This document shows positions 11,990-58,812 of a DNA stretch of 64,000 nt, piece after piece (within the stretch, counting starts at the first letter, position 1; every line of letters begins with the position of its first letter). Location of the stretch: positions 470,351 through 534,350 of the forward strand of contig NMRA01000283.1 of the NCBI GenBank assembly GCA_002633005.1, in the 5' to 3' direction. The stretch comes from Phoronis australis (lineage: Eukaryota; Animalia; Phoronida). The translations under genes and the position numbers were made by a program. Under the pieces are notes generated by a model. That model did not search any database. It saw only the letters and a list, made by a program, of their open reading frames with translations, and was not told where the DNA came from.

Positions 11990-13820
11990 CAGTGTGTTCC
12001 CACATACTTATATGTGGGAACATGGTGTCGTCATCCCTGTCTAGCTATCCATCTGGCATCTGCTGCTGTATCTTCAAAACCCCTGGATTTATGTTCATGG
12101 AATTTTGCAGATATCTTTCTTTCATGGGGGACCTCACTATCGAATTTTCATACTGATCCTACTGCTGGTTTTCCCCTAGTTTTCCTTTATATCTTCAGAG
12201 TTCCTTTTACGGATTTTCATGAAATTTGGCATATAGGCATCTATTAGTGAGATGACATCACCTTTCCGTTTTCGGATGGGTTTGACATCTGCGTCATCTA
12301 GTGGCCATTTTTACTAAGCAAATATGGAACAAAATCAGGAACCCCAACTGGGAATCGAACCACATGTCTCTAGATTGACGCTCTAGTGCTCTTACTATGA
12401 GCTTCTGAGGACCCAATATTTGTGCAATTATTGTTTGCAGCCAACTGTTATGTCATACATCCCATGAGCGGCATTTCAATTTTTTCAAATGTATAGATGC
12501 TGATTTTGGCCAATAGTGGATCAAAAACAAACAGAAAAATCAGGAATCTCAAATGGGAATCGAACCACATGTCTATAGACTGATGGTGCAGAGCTCTTAC
12601 CACTGAGCTACTGGGGACGCGTTATCTGTGCAGTTACTGTTATTTGCAGCCAACTGTTATTTCATCCATCTATGCCGCTCAGTGGTAAGAGCACTAGACC
12701 GGCAAGCTAGAGACCTGTGGTTTGATTCCCAGTTGGGGTTCCTGATTTTTCTGTGTTTATTTGATTCATTATTGACCAACCAGCATCTACATGTTTGCCA
12801 TTTTTTCTGTTTTCAAGTCTGTGTTTTAGTGCCCTCTCCTCTCTCTGCCAAACCACTTCTGGGAAGAGTACGACTGATGACGATTTTCAGATGGCTCTGC
12901 CTACTGTGACATCTCCTAATGACAGTTTTTTGGATCCATGGCTGTATTTCCTTAACCGTCTGCAGGATCTGTATTAAATTTGCCGATTGTATTTATATAA
13001 AGGTGACAACACAACGATGACTTTCAGATGGATTCGACTACCATTGTATCTTTGGAGTTATGGAATTAGGCCCAAAGGTTTCACCTGCAAAGGCGATGAT
13101 GTCTTCCGATTTTCAGATGGAATTGATGTGTACATCACCTTGTGGCGTTTTTTTTTTTTTTTTATTTAAAAGTCTTTTTAGTCTGTTTTTGTCATTCACC
13201 TATCTGCCAGACCACAAAATGGGTGATTATGGAAATTGGCATTAATGTTCCTACTAAAAAGAGGACGGCTGACGATTTTTCTTTGGCTCCAACAACTGGC
13301 GGCTCCTAGTAGCAGTTTTATTATTTTTGCACTTGTGGCTTATCTCCTTAACCCTGTGCATTATCTTTGTTAAATTTGGCAAGTGTATTTGTTGGAAGGT
13401 GGCAATGAATGACGTCTTTGAACATAGATACGACTACCACTGTGTTCCTTTGTAACAATTTTATTTTTCCCAATTTTTTCTGTCTTTGGAAAATAGATTT
13501 CTATAGTAAATAGGCGGGTTACTCCTCCTGTTTTCAGATGGATTTGACATATTGTATGCTTCCGAGTGGCCAAACCACTCTAAGAATCATGAAAATTGGT
13601 GTTTTCCTGCTGGAAAAAGCATGGCTGACTATAATTTTTGTTCAATCGTGACTACTGTGGTGCACCCTAGTGGCAGTTATACTTTTTTCGCATCCACAGC
13701 TTCTTCTTCTAAACCCCAGCAGAATTTTTGTGAAATCAACAAGTAAATTTCTGTGAATCTGACAATGTATGTCTTTTGGACATATCTGGCTGCCATTGTG
13801 CCCCCTTGTCATAGTTTTAG
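11990..13820. mobile_element. Cluster of old Helentron/DINE-like non-autonomous repeat fragments (tentative)
   Basis: Repeated gattttcatgaaatttggca / ttaaatttggca, ttttcagatgga and ctagtggc motifs at about 12210, 12975, 13370 and 13670. Confidence 0.3.
12331..12800. mobile_element. tRNA-derived repeat cluster: three tRNA-like heads, two arranged as an inverted repeat
   Basis: A-box TAGCTCAGTGGTAAGAGC and B-box GGTTCGATTCCC-like motifs at 12331-12414 (-), 12537-12617 (-) and 12674-12750 (+); anticodon loops differ; shared tails. Confidence 0.75.
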
Positions 13821-13889
13821 TTTTTTACAATCTTGGCCGGCATGTGTTCGTATTGAGAGCATTGCTGACTTGATATGCACACACTAGGG

Positions 13890-14270
13890 GTTACTTTAAA
13901 TTTACTGCCATTGCTCTTTTCAGTGGGAATCTTCAACGATTGTTCAGGGAAGGTTTTGTGGACCTGCTGTGACAGTGGGAAAGTGGAAACAGAATTACAC
14001 TTTCTTCTTGAATGTAATTTATATTCTGACTTACGTGTGCTGTTCTAAACAAGATACGATACCTAAAGGTGGACGAGATAGTGTTCAGAATTTTTTTTTA
14101 AAACTCACGATTTAAAGAAATGTTGCTAGATATTTAATTAATGCGGAGAAACGTCGAAATGAGTTCCTTGATGTGAATTAATTTAGATTTGAAAAATCTT
14201 GCACCCTCTATGTATTATATATTTGTAATGTGGGCCGGAGGCCTGTTACATGAAATATACAATATGGTTG
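13890..14270 (+). mobile_element. 3' end of an RTE/RTEX-like LINE (C-terminal CCHC zinc knuckle)
   Basis: Manual translation CCDSGKVETELHFLLECNLYSDLR (about 13964-14035); 3' hairpin tgtaatgtgggccggaggcctgttaca near 14224-14249. Confidence 0.65.
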
Positions 14271-16335
14271 AAAATAGTAATCATCCCTTGTATCCGCATT
14301 GTATGTGATGCACACAGTGGGCGCATATCAACGCTACGCGCTGCTCTTGTTATATTTAAATATACGCTATGTTTTTTACTTGATAGAGACAAAATATTTT
14401 TCATGAATTATAGTTTAAGCCTTGACCTGTGGAAATGTTACTGTCCACTTCCTCCAAGGAGTTGCAATTGGCAACACCTGGCTCTAGAAAAATGACCAAA
14501 ATTCGCGTCAAAATGTTTATTCCACTTTAACTATCAATTTTCTTTTACAAATTTGTCCAAACAATACAATTACATGTTTCACTTATTAAAAATAAATCTA
14601 CGATGCATTAACACTTAGTAAGACAGTAGAGGATAACAAAATTGAAACAAAGCTTGAAATTAAAATTACAAAATGGCATTGTGTGATCGCTATGCAACAA
14701 TACAGTCGAACCACATTACTAAGTGCCTGGCTTATACGACGTTGCATTTTGCAAGTGACGAGTCAACCATACACAAGTTCATTTTGCTGCAACGGGTGTT
14801 CCAGAAAAGTCTACGTGATGTTGTTTGACTGTATAGAAGAAATGATCACACAAATTCCACTGAACCATACTTACACGACTACTCAAACGACTCCGACACT
14901 CATGCTGCAAACTTCTATCAATTCATTCTTAAAATATCCACCACAAGAACCTTTTACCACCTACACAAATTTGGCGTAGATTAAAGCAATGTGCTTCGTG
15001 TTCAGGTCTCCCATACTTCAAATTTTATGATTGGCTGCAAACAACATCACGACGGCAGGTGTTATATTACAACTGTAAAACAATGCTGTTTGTGTCGTAC
15101 CAAGACCAAGTACGTGTTCAATAAAACGAGTCTCTTGGCATATCACACAAGCAAGAATCTTACATAATGCTCACGTGCCATCCAATCAGAAGGCAGATTG
15201 AAAAATTTTCAACATGACCGCTTATTAACATCAGACTCCAAATGAAATGGTAGATCAGCGTCCAACTGCAACAACGCTGCATTCCAATGATGTGCTGACC
15301 CATGGTGATTGCACATGATTGACCAAAATATCAATCTTTTTCACATTAATGGCATGCTAATAACTCCGGAGATGGGACTCCTTAGTGAAAGCTTCTTACA
15401 TGTCTGATTTGCCTTCTGAGAAGACCTCTTTTCTGCCTTCTTACAAAAATTCCATATCTGAATGCACTGTTAATTAAGCTGGTAGCAACTAAAATGAGCC
15501 GTTGTTGAATTCTTCTAAAAGAGTTTAGTACTGTCCACTTTTCACACCACCCAATCCCATTCACTGCTACCAAACTGATCCCATTTTTAATAATATCGAG
15601 GCATTTAACAACACTATGACTCGAAGAACAATTCTCGCAACATTCAAGTAAAGGAGGGTACTTAAAGCCTGGTTATTTTCCTACTAAACTTAGGAGGTGA
15701 CTTCTCAACAGTTCACTCCCAAGCAATGGAACAAGTTAAACAACACAAAACCAAGCAGTTACATTAGGTGGCCAAAATCTCTAACACATTAGTTAATGCA
15801 AAATCATACGATTTTGAACAAAGATTTGTGCGTTACATCCTGAAGGTTTAAAAATAAATAGTAAGACATTGTGTTCATACTTTGAAATATATCATCAATT
15901 ATTAGGCAGGTCAAAAGGAATTTTTCGTCTCACTAGAGCAACTTGTAGTTTTAAAGTGTTGGACATCTCCTGCCACCTAGTGACCAATGTGCCCACTTCA
16001 ACATTCTGATACTGTGTGCAGCACTACACTGATGTCAACGTCATATCATTTCAACATCATCCATCTTCCGAAGTTTTTGTTTACTACAATTTATTTTTAT
16101 AAATGTTCATTCACAGTTCAACAATTTTAAACCTTCGGAAAACCTGCCAATCCCGTGCATATTGTGAACACCTGTACATATTTTGTTGCCTGAATTTCAA
16201 GTTTTAAGTTCAAAATCACATGCATGCAAAACTTTATGGCTTACTAGCAAACCTTTGTCAGCAAAATACCAAAACTATTGAACAACAAAACTGTTAGAAT
16301 ACAAGATGTTAAAATAGGTCAGGCAGTACCGAATG

Positions 16336-16610
16336 AACAAAATACACAAAAATTGAGTCAAATACTGGAGTTTGCTTACGAATGCATCGAGAGCCCTTCT
16401 CTGAACAAACAAGGTGGATCAAGGTTCAACCGTCACACTCATGGGATAGTGTCCTGACCTAGATGTAGCGCTGTCTGGTTAAATCGCCACCTATTGGCCA
16501 GAACGATAATAGCATCACAAGCCAAGCAGAAGTTTGTGAGTGACGGATGCTATGTCGCAAACCCAAGTAAGCAAATTCCAGTATTTGACTCTATTTTTCT
16601 GTATTTTGTT
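16336..16610. mobile_element. MITE with 44-bp terminal inverted repeats in the putative 3' UTR
   Basis: aacaaaatacacaaaaattgagtcaaatactggagtttgcttac (16336-16379) is the near-perfect reverse complement of 16567-16610. Confidence 0.8.
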
Positions 16611-17131
16611 ACCTCAACTGGATGTCTCAAACTTTCATGCTTTAACCACTTGAACAATGTTAGCATTTCGTGAAGACAGACACGTCAATCAAATTTCAAT
16701 ACAGTACACATTCTCCCACAAAGTAGCTGGAATGACAGAAAGTACTACTCATCAAAACATTTCTTTCATTACTTCAAAAAACAATCTTCAAGCAAATCTA
16801 AAAGTTAGACAGACACCGGGGCTTTTCCTGTAATCCAAATTACGTTCAACATCCACACGACTCGTGACACCTTTAACGTAGGTCGTTTAGCATTTGGTCT
16901 AACAACTTCTGGCCACAGAGCCTCACTTACAATGCTGAGCTCAGCCAATCAAGAACTCCATAATATTTACTATTTATTTAAGGGGCATTTCCATTTTGCT
17001 AACAGCCAATACATCATGACATACACAGATGTAAATACGATTTAACCCTGTTGAGATAATTAGAATGCATGCCACAGCCCCAACTTCTATACCAGTTCAA
17101 ATTGATGATGGGGGCACAGCTTGTCAACATA

Positions 17132-17346
17132 CAGTACAATCCAAAAGTATTCAGACAAAATGGCCCGGAATTCCTCATCATGACGTCAGATTAGACCTCC
17201 CTAATAACCAAGATTGAAAGGGAATCAACAGGAAATAGTAAGTTGACTAAACCATTTTGTAAGTAGAATTCTGCTGCCCTAATAGGTATTAGCTATCATG
17301 ACGAGGAAACGGCCGTATTTTGTAAGATAATTCTTGTCTTCTACTG
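17132..17346. mobile_element. Tc1/mariner (pogo-type) MITE, old
   Basis: TA|CAGTA...TACTG|TA termini; imperfect inverted repeats extending to ttcctcatcatga / tcatgacgaggaa. Confidence 0.6.
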
Positions 17347-17561
17347 TAGGTTAGAAAAGCACTCCCTCATCCACTTTTTCCTCAACCAAAAGGGGGCAGC
17401 GTGTTGTTCATGTGGCCTCACACTTCACTCAAGCTCGTCACCCAGTATCACCATGGGAACCAGAGACAGGACACCAGTCAAAGGTGTGGTCTTAGTTGTG
17501 AAGCCCCGCCTCCTTTGACTTCCGTCACCACGTCGCAATACACCAGTACAAGCCTGCTTCC

Positions 17562-50768
<33,207 letters not shown>

Positions 50769-50770
50769 GC

Positions 50771-50800
50771 CTACAGGTTACATAACTGGGTCGCGTCCAT
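50771..50800 (-). promoter_or_regulatory. Upstream ORF (MDATQLCNL*) ending 2 nt before the ANKRD11/12 start codon, with a nested AUG-UAA
   Basis: Minus strand reads ATG GAC GCG ACC CAG TTA TGT AAC CTG TAG GC ATG; ATGTAA at 50783-50778. Confidence 0.55.
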
Positions 50801-53798
50801 CAGGACAGGACACACCTGAAACAAAAAGATGGCGAATGTTCAGAAAAGAGAAAATCACATAAAATGCTTCAATATGATATATGTGAACAGTACCTGCTAA
50901 AGATGATGTCAGCGTTATTTCTGTCACATACATCAGGTGACTTAGTCAATACTTGTCAGTTGGCACACAAGCATCACTCTGCATTACAGATCGTATGAAC
51001 TGTTTACTGTCAACTTACAAAAGTGTATGTACTCTGAATCATCCATTAACAACGAAACCACAGATGACACGTCAAGCAATCGTTGGAGCTTCGAGACTGT
51101 CCGTATTTAGTGAAAATACAACCATAAAAAACTAACGCTGTGACTTAAAAAAAGCTTTGAGGTCACTATGCACAGTAACTAAAAAATAACTGAATAAAAG
51201 TAATTTGATGCCCTAAGTATAGATCGTAACACATGGACTATTAAACATTAGCTCCAGGCCTTCAGATATTAAAAAACGTTTTCTACAGAATATTACAGTA
51301 ATCACGCGATTATGAACAATTGCTACGCTTAGATTTATTATTCTTTAAAGATTCAGAAAATGCATAACTGAGGTTATACACTATCGAATAAAAAAATATT
51401 TGACGAAACCTCAAAGCAGTGGTTCTTCGCAATCACCAAGTATGTGCTTCAGTAGACTTACGGAAATATTCGGAATGTATTGGCAATTCTCGACAACATC
51501 TGGGTGGAAATAGGCTAACTCTGTGAACAGTTGTCCGGCTTAATTTAGTCGTAATTACCGAAGATAATTCAAAACAAGCCATTGGAAAACGAAAACAGTT
51601 GTAGCCAAAGACTATAATTAAGACAAGGGAGTACATCTGTCGAGTGATAATTGTGAACTGGAGTTAATACTTGTGCCATGGTTTGATTTAAGGTTTGTGG
51701 TTCAATCTACCAATCTTTGATGGAAGAGAATTTACTGTACCTCCTGTAGCTCATGTTCTAACCATGTCAACAAATCTGCTGACTGACGGCAAAAACGACT
51801 TAGTACATCTCTCAAGGACTGAATGAAAACATATTTCCAAATTCCGAGTTGAATCCAGAAACGAGTTTCACATTCACAATTTCATTTACATGTGCAGGAT
51901 CAAAACTTGGCTTGAAAATTTTTGATTGATTGGACCTTTCGGCAATAAACTTAACATTACTCAGATAAACATGACTAGGACAAGAACAAGATTCAAATTC
52001 CACACTAGCATGGTGTTATTTTTGCACTGGGAACACAGCAGCATACGTCCAAGCATGAAAACTTGGCAGGGACTCAGGCTTAACTGCTGACCCTGTCTCA
52101 CACTCCAAGTTACAACACATGGCTGTTGATGAATGTGAAAAGTACTGACAGATGTGATGCAATAACCCAGTATGTCTGGCTCTCTAACAAATGTTAGACT
52201 CCTGCAGGGTTTGGTGTGAAAATGGCCTTGATAGTTACAAAGGTGGTCTGCACTCTAGCAAACGTCAACTAGAATGAGGTTAAACTTATCAGCAGCCAAA
52301 GCCATTTAGAAATACAGTGACTGTACAGATATACACAATACTGCATGTCTAAAGCTACTAATACACAAATATACACAGTTAAATTTTCCAAAACGACCTC
52401 ATACATAACTTTCATAAAGACCTTCGATACTGTAAGCTTATTCCGTTTTTAAGTGTTTCTTGGATAACACCAAACTTGGAAGAACTAGTATAGCATTTGT
52501 ACTTTGTATGATTTTCAGAATTGTAAAGCTACGCCCTGTGTGTTCTCCGTTTTATGACTCATCTCGATCTATGAATCCTATAATCCTTGCCATCAACCAT
52601 TCTGAATAGTATTTTCGCTCACCATTCGTCTATACTGTATCCACTCACTTTTTATTGTTTATATGTAATTGTGTTATTAGTCTTATTACTTAGTCATTTT
52701 CTCTCTTTCATTAGAATGCCATATTTTTGTACTGCATTGTTCTGCTATACAGGCAGCTATGACGTCCTCAATAAAGATAATCATTCATTTATAAATACAG
52801 GTTATCGCTAATGTTTGGCTCAACGCCCATCCTTGAAATTTCTAAATGCTGAGCCTTTATTACCAATACTCAGCACTCACGGCCAAGTTACAGATTGGGG
52901 ACTTCCTAAAAGGATCAATGTCCTTGTTATGCCTACCTAAGGACTGACAGCCAGTTTCAGTGGCACCTTACCATGTTTGGATGAGAGGACATCCACATCT
53001 TACAACAGTAGACATGAAAGGGTTAGTTGTTTGGGCCCATGCGCATTCTATCATTACCCTTCCTGATACCCTGATAAAAAATGGTGTAGGAATCTACTCG
53101 ATAGAATCGACCATTTGGGTAAACACCTATTGCCGACATCTCAAAAACTTATTTTTTAAAGTGTCTTAGTATGTTTAACACTCAATCTGATTTTTAAATA
53201 CCCTATTGTTCTAAGGTTTAACCATGATAAATACAGTACATACGACAATTGGATCACTGTCTAAACACTCTGATTGTGGTCAATGGTTTTGTATGTAGCT
53301 TTGTAAGTTTGCTTTGGTGAAGAGCATTCCCACCTCAGTGCCAGTAATGTTGACATATCATGTGATCTATTTCACTTAGTGTCAAAAATTACACACAGGG
53401 ATTGGCCAGAAATCTCCCAGTTAAACAAAAATCTGACCAAATTCAGACACAACTTTCCCAAAGGACTTCATAGAGCTCTATAAGTTATGCCAGAACACCT
53501 GTTAACACAATACATTTAGTTGGAAAATTGAGAGTGTGGACCAGTTTTATTGCACACAAACTACACAGTAGAATTCTGGTCAACAATAAAATGACCTTAT
53601 CTACTGACGTTTTCATGTCTCCTGTATAATTACTCTTTTTGATTTTCAGCCTGCGGGTTCAGAAAGCAACTTTCTAAGGACAAAAATACGCAAATAGTTA
53701 ACAAACCAACTATCTGAAAGCAGATAACCAACTATAACAGGCTAGGTCACTGCATCATTTCCCAAACTGTCAGCAGCAAAAACAGAAGTAGAGTCTAA

Positions 53799-54436
53799 GG
53801 TGCCATCCACACACTTAACCTGTCCACACGCACTTAACCTGTACCCTAGAACAACTTACTTCTGAAAGGAGTTGTCACTTAGTTTGGAGGCTGTCTAAAG
53901 GCTGTTTAAACTAGTGCAACTTGCCCCACATTTGACAACTTTAATCGCTATGTGGCCGCAAAACTGGGGAAAGACGGAAGTAATTATCACCTGCTGTTAC
54001 ATACAGGTGGGTCTTCTTTTGCTCGCTGTATTCGAATTAGCTGTTCATTGTCAATGACACCGTGGCGGCCATTTTTGACACTGGCTTGAGAGGTAGACCA
54101 AGTTGTACTCAACCAGTTGCTCCAGTGTCAACTACACGTCTAAACACAACTGGTGCAGGGTAGAAAGGGGTCATCTTTCAATGCGCTTGCGCAATAGCGT
54201 ATACACTGGGTGATCCGCTGGCACTCCACATGGTTTGGACATTTGCTATTGTTTATGTGACCATGCACAGACAGTCTTCGTGTAAGTGACTCGTGCTGAT
54301 TCAGTTTGCGATCTAATGTCGTGTAAATGCGACTTAGTCGCACCGTGACAACTCGCACCGTGACAACAGCTTTAGAGTGGGGCAAGTTATACTAGTGCAA
54401 GTTGTTCTAGGCTAAATTTGTGTGTGGAGGGACACC
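53799..54436. mobile_element. PIF/Harbinger-like MITE (family B)
   Basis: TIRs GGTGCCATCCACACAC and GTGTGTGGAGGGACACC; subterminal ctagaacaactt / aagttgttctag; related copy at 58683-59128 and fragment at 44492-44560. Confidence 0.65.
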
Positions 54437-54809
54437 TACTATATCAGTAAACACTCTAGCTATGAGCACCAATACACAGAGACATTCTAGCATTATGTGG
54501 TCATACAATGTATCTGAGCCTGCCCAAACAACACCTGTGTTGGTACATATGCAGCCACAAGGCAAACGGGATCAATGCAAACAACAAGACAGTCTATCAC
54601 ACTGCACACCTTCTGATGTTCTCAGGGTCACAGTGCATGGCAAGCCATTGAAGACAAGAACATAATAGCAATGCAGACATTAAAAATTTGAAAAGCTGGA
54701 TGAGGTTTAATAATTCATGGACTTCACTCTGAAGAGATAGTGTTAAATTCCTTTCAATTAAGAAATGGAAACCTCGGAAGAGTGACACTTTGATGAAACT
54801 GGTGTTGCC

Positions 54810-54968
54810 TGTTCATACTACACCACAGCGTCAACGCTGCACTGTTAAATCTACCTGTTTACTGCAAAGTTAACTGGTGCTGTTAACTTCAATTCAGGAC
54901 CAAAGTTAACCGTTCATACTGACCCCAACTCTCCAAAATATCGACGCGTCAATAGTATGAAAGGGCCT
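54810..54968 (+). mobile_element. Partial copy of MITE family A
   Basis: Aligns with 44245-44400, ending agtatgaaagggcct. Confidence 0.7.
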
Positions 54969-55526
54969 ACAGTGAACACATTAAATCTTAACTTTGGAGA
55001 AGAAGAAATTCATTAATGTCTTCAAATGAGTAAACTAAACAGGTGTTACAAGGAACTTGCTTTTCGGTGACACATTACATTAGAGCAGAACAGGTGTCCT
55101 CTTTTAGCCACTAGGTCACACCATCAAGGTAATTACACTTAAAAATTATACACAAAAAAGCTTTGTTTATACGCAAAATTAAGAATACAACATAAAGAAC
55201 TTAACAGTCACTGTTTTGTCATCAAGAAAATTTCCTCAGATTTCCTTTTTATTAGTTAGTTATAAGTAGCATTTGAGACCAGTGTCAATTCAATGGTACT
55301 CCATTATGCATTACCCCAGTGAAAACTCAATAACCACGTGGCCCAGGATGTGGTTAACAAAAATTACACAGAACACATTTTGCCTCAAATGTTCTATAGT
55401 CTGATCTGTTATATGTGCCTCCTGTAGTCATGTTCAGACCAACTAAACCTGGTGTGCGTTTAGTAACGCTAGGACCTACACTGAGACCTCCCTGAAATCT
55501 AGTCAAAGTCACATGTTCTCATTTAA

Positions 55527-56484
55527 ACAGTACACACCATGGATTTTTGCACATTTTGAATTACCTGTGGCCACAGACAAAGTGCATGACGTAAAATTTA
55601 GCTAAACCCATGTTTATTTTGTGTAATTAGCTCGAAATTTTGATTATTCTTTCAATTTTGACAATTTTCACATTTCCCGCCATGTGACGTCATGGGTTGA
55701 ACACAAGAGATCAATGACTGGCACTGAACAATGGCGGAGAGCAGGGAATTTGAAAGCGACAACGATTATGAGCAAAAATTGAACGAATACTATGAAGAAA
55801 CGAACGGGAATGGTGGCCAGGATGAGGAAATGGGGTTGCACGAAAGCGAGAATAAGTTTAATGTGCTTCAGGCAGCTTACATTTCTACTTTGAGCCTTAC
55901 GAACTGGATCCTCCCGCGAGAGAAGCGGCCTCGGGCTCGGCAAGTCAACCCACTCATCCAACAGGCGATCCTGAATTAAGAGCTGATGTTTCTGATAAAT
56001 ATTGTCCTTTATTGAACCAGGCCTTCATCGTAACGTCTCCGGTGACTGGAGTCGAAACACGAGTCCTCAAAGTGGGCAGAACACAGAGTGGCCCCGGACC
56101 GAATCCCTTGGTCCATGATGACGTCCCACACTCTCGTTCGGCGCACGAAGCGATGCCACTTCTGTGCAACTGTGGTGTCCTTCGGAACACCGAGACGTTC
56201 TCCGCCTGGCTGCTGCTGCTGCAGCCTCCGGAAACACATCTTTTGATCCCTCTACGAACCTTCTCGCCGCTAAATGTACTTTGCTTTCTCTTCACTCTAT
56301 ACACTTTGTCTCTGATCCGAACAGTATGGCGAACGACTTGGGTTCAACCCATGACGTTGTACATAATTATTATTTTTTCAATTTTTGCGTGTTTCTTTAT
56401 GAGCTGTGCACTAAAGGCACTGAAATCTAGTAAGGCATAATAATAAAATTTATTTTGAGGTACTAGAGTCATGTTGTGTACACT
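55527..56484. mobile_element. Internally deleted Kolobok-like DNA transposon with THAP-domain remnant
   Basis: TTAA at 55523-55526 and 56485-56488; TIRs ACAGTACACACCATG vs AGTGTACACAACATG (12/15). Minus-strand THAP: KRCVSGGCS..(frameshift)..PKDTTVAQKWHRFV..LCSAHFEDSCF. Convergent plus-strand acidic ORF from 55731, with FEPYELDP in a shifted frame. Confidence 0.7.
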
Positions 56485-58682
56485 TTAAAATACACGGCAA
56501 TATCCTTTTTTACCTCACGGTTTAACTGTTGTAACCCTAATATGTGATTTTAGATGATAGTTTTCACTGCTATCGCCTTCTGATTCATCGTAGTTAGAAC
56601 CTTGGTGTGCCACTGTTTCCAACAAGATTTGACAGCAGGCAGTGCCACCTAGTGAGTTGTAACTTTTGCAACTACCATGTTCACACCAAGTTACAGAGGT
56701 AATAACCTCTCACTAAACCATCCTCACAGAGGATTACCTTTGGTGTGATTTTTCTAGCCCTGAGCCCGCTACTGAACTCTCTACGGGGGACACGGTATAT
56801 AAGACAAGGGTCATGCACTTGAATTTTCATAGTGTGATTTCCAGGCTAGGGAAAAACCGACTGTTTGTTTTAGTGCTTGAGATCAGAGCACCCTCAATAG
56901 CTGGCTTGATATAAAGGGTCACAAACTGTCAGCTCTTCACAAGCTCAGAACTCACTTGTTATCTGAGTAAAGGCAAACTAGGATCAGTTTTATAGCACTT
57001 GGTGAAAGGTCTACAGGCCTTCTACAGGCCTTTTATCATACAGTATAATGTTAGCTGTGGTTTACCCCAAAAACGTTGAGCGTGAGTGTTTACATCAACT
57101 TCGGAGTAATAGTACTGGAAAGTTATCACAAGGCGGCGATAATATGACCTTTACCTTTTGCAAATATGAATGGTGCAATCTCAAACATTCAGGATTTTTT
57201 ATATTTTTAAGGAAAGAATCCAGCGAACACGTGGACAAACTGAAACAGAATGCTTATCCTGCCAAAATAACAAATAATGGAACAAATTAATTTATTAGCA
57301 GATATTAACCAGCAAACTCTCTAATGGCATCGAAGTTAAGTGTTCTCATTATACCGAAGCATCGACGGTTCACTGTTAAATCCACCTCTTAACTTCGGCG
57401 TTAACTAGGGCTGTTATCTTCGATAAAAGACTGAAGTTAAGAGTTCCCACTGACCAAAGCTTCAGTAATACCGTAGCTTCCAAGGCAGTGGGAAAGACTT
57501 TAATTTAAGTGGGGGTTTGAAATGCTTTTCACAGTACACACATTCACATATTTTGCTTGACTAAGCGGTGATAATTCTGTCTGCTTGAGTCAGAATTCAA
57601 CACTATCAATCCCAGTGTAGATTGACAATTAGAATAACTGAGGCAATAGAATACCAAGTACAAGCTACTTTGTTTAATATCATTCATTGCTGAGAACAAA
57701 GGTAGACAGATTAATGACACAACTGGAAAAACACCCCAGGGTTGAGCCTTAAATAGGCTATTGTCTATTAGTTCAATGGGTTAAAAATCACCTAGTGTAA
57801 AGCATTCAGTCCCTGAATAGTGGAAACACTCCTAATGGGAAATGTGGCCAAGTGCCAGCAATTAACTCATGGCATTTAGTGGGGCTTGGTAATGGTAAGT
57901 GTGCTATGAATGAAACCCTGTGTGACATATATTGAATGGGTTTACAAAACACTGGGCCTGGTTCAGGTGTCAGAACTATATCAGGCAAGCTTGATTCTGG
58001 TATAAGAGCGAGTGTTGATGTGAACTGTGTAGTTGAACTTTTCCCACTAACTTCAGTGAATAACGGATATCAAAGTTACAGGTTGTAGATGTCCCGGTCA
58101 TCAAAATTATCACAGGATGGCAACGCGAAAACTTTGCGTGTACAAGTTTTTAAAAATCATGAATGAAATTAAATGCCTATAGTTGCAGAATTGTGAATAT
58201 TTGATAAAAATCAAATAATAACGCAAAACAAACTGTGGTAAATAGTGACACCTGCCCATGACTCCCGTGGGGTGAAAGCTAACCTTTCATAGGGCATCAA
58301 AACCTCAATATTGTGCAATAAAACCCACCTGCAAGATAACTGCCAACATAAACCAATGGAGACTATTCACAATAACCAGTACTCCCCAAAACCTGGACAC
58401 ATTGACACTGGTGTGAAAGGCCTTTATGTTGAACTTACAATGGATACAATGTATTGGACTGGCTATAATAAAAAACAGCACCAGAATACATGTACAATAC
58501 TACTTGGGTAACTTGAACACTGCAATCAGGTCTGGCATAACCCTAAAGAACAGGGTTGGTGCTCCTAAATACACATCATAAAAGAATGCATTTAAACGAT
58601 TGGTTCAGATTCACCACTGCAAATTTGATCTATGGGTTTGACCTAATTAACACTGCCGAGGGTCTTTTAAAATTACACTTCA

Positions 58683-58781
58683 GTTCCCTCCACACACAGC
58701 CTACCATAAAACAACTTACACTGGTGAAACTTACCCCACTTTAAGTGGAGCGTCCACACCCACCCACGCACGCACGCGCAT

Positions 58782-58812
<31 letters not shown>

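Larger units (their letters stand above)
14495..17561 (-). other. Probable long 3' UTR of ANKRD11/12
   Basis: Non-coding U-rich (minus strand) tract after the stop codon. Candidate AATAAA signals at 14521-14516 (followed by U/GU-rich sequence) and 16095-16090. The end point is inferred. Confidence 0.45.

Noticed and set aside
12674-12750. Functional tRNA gene
   Set aside because: Acceptor stem is broken, the B-box is mutated, anticodon loops differ between the three copies, and all share non-tRNA tails
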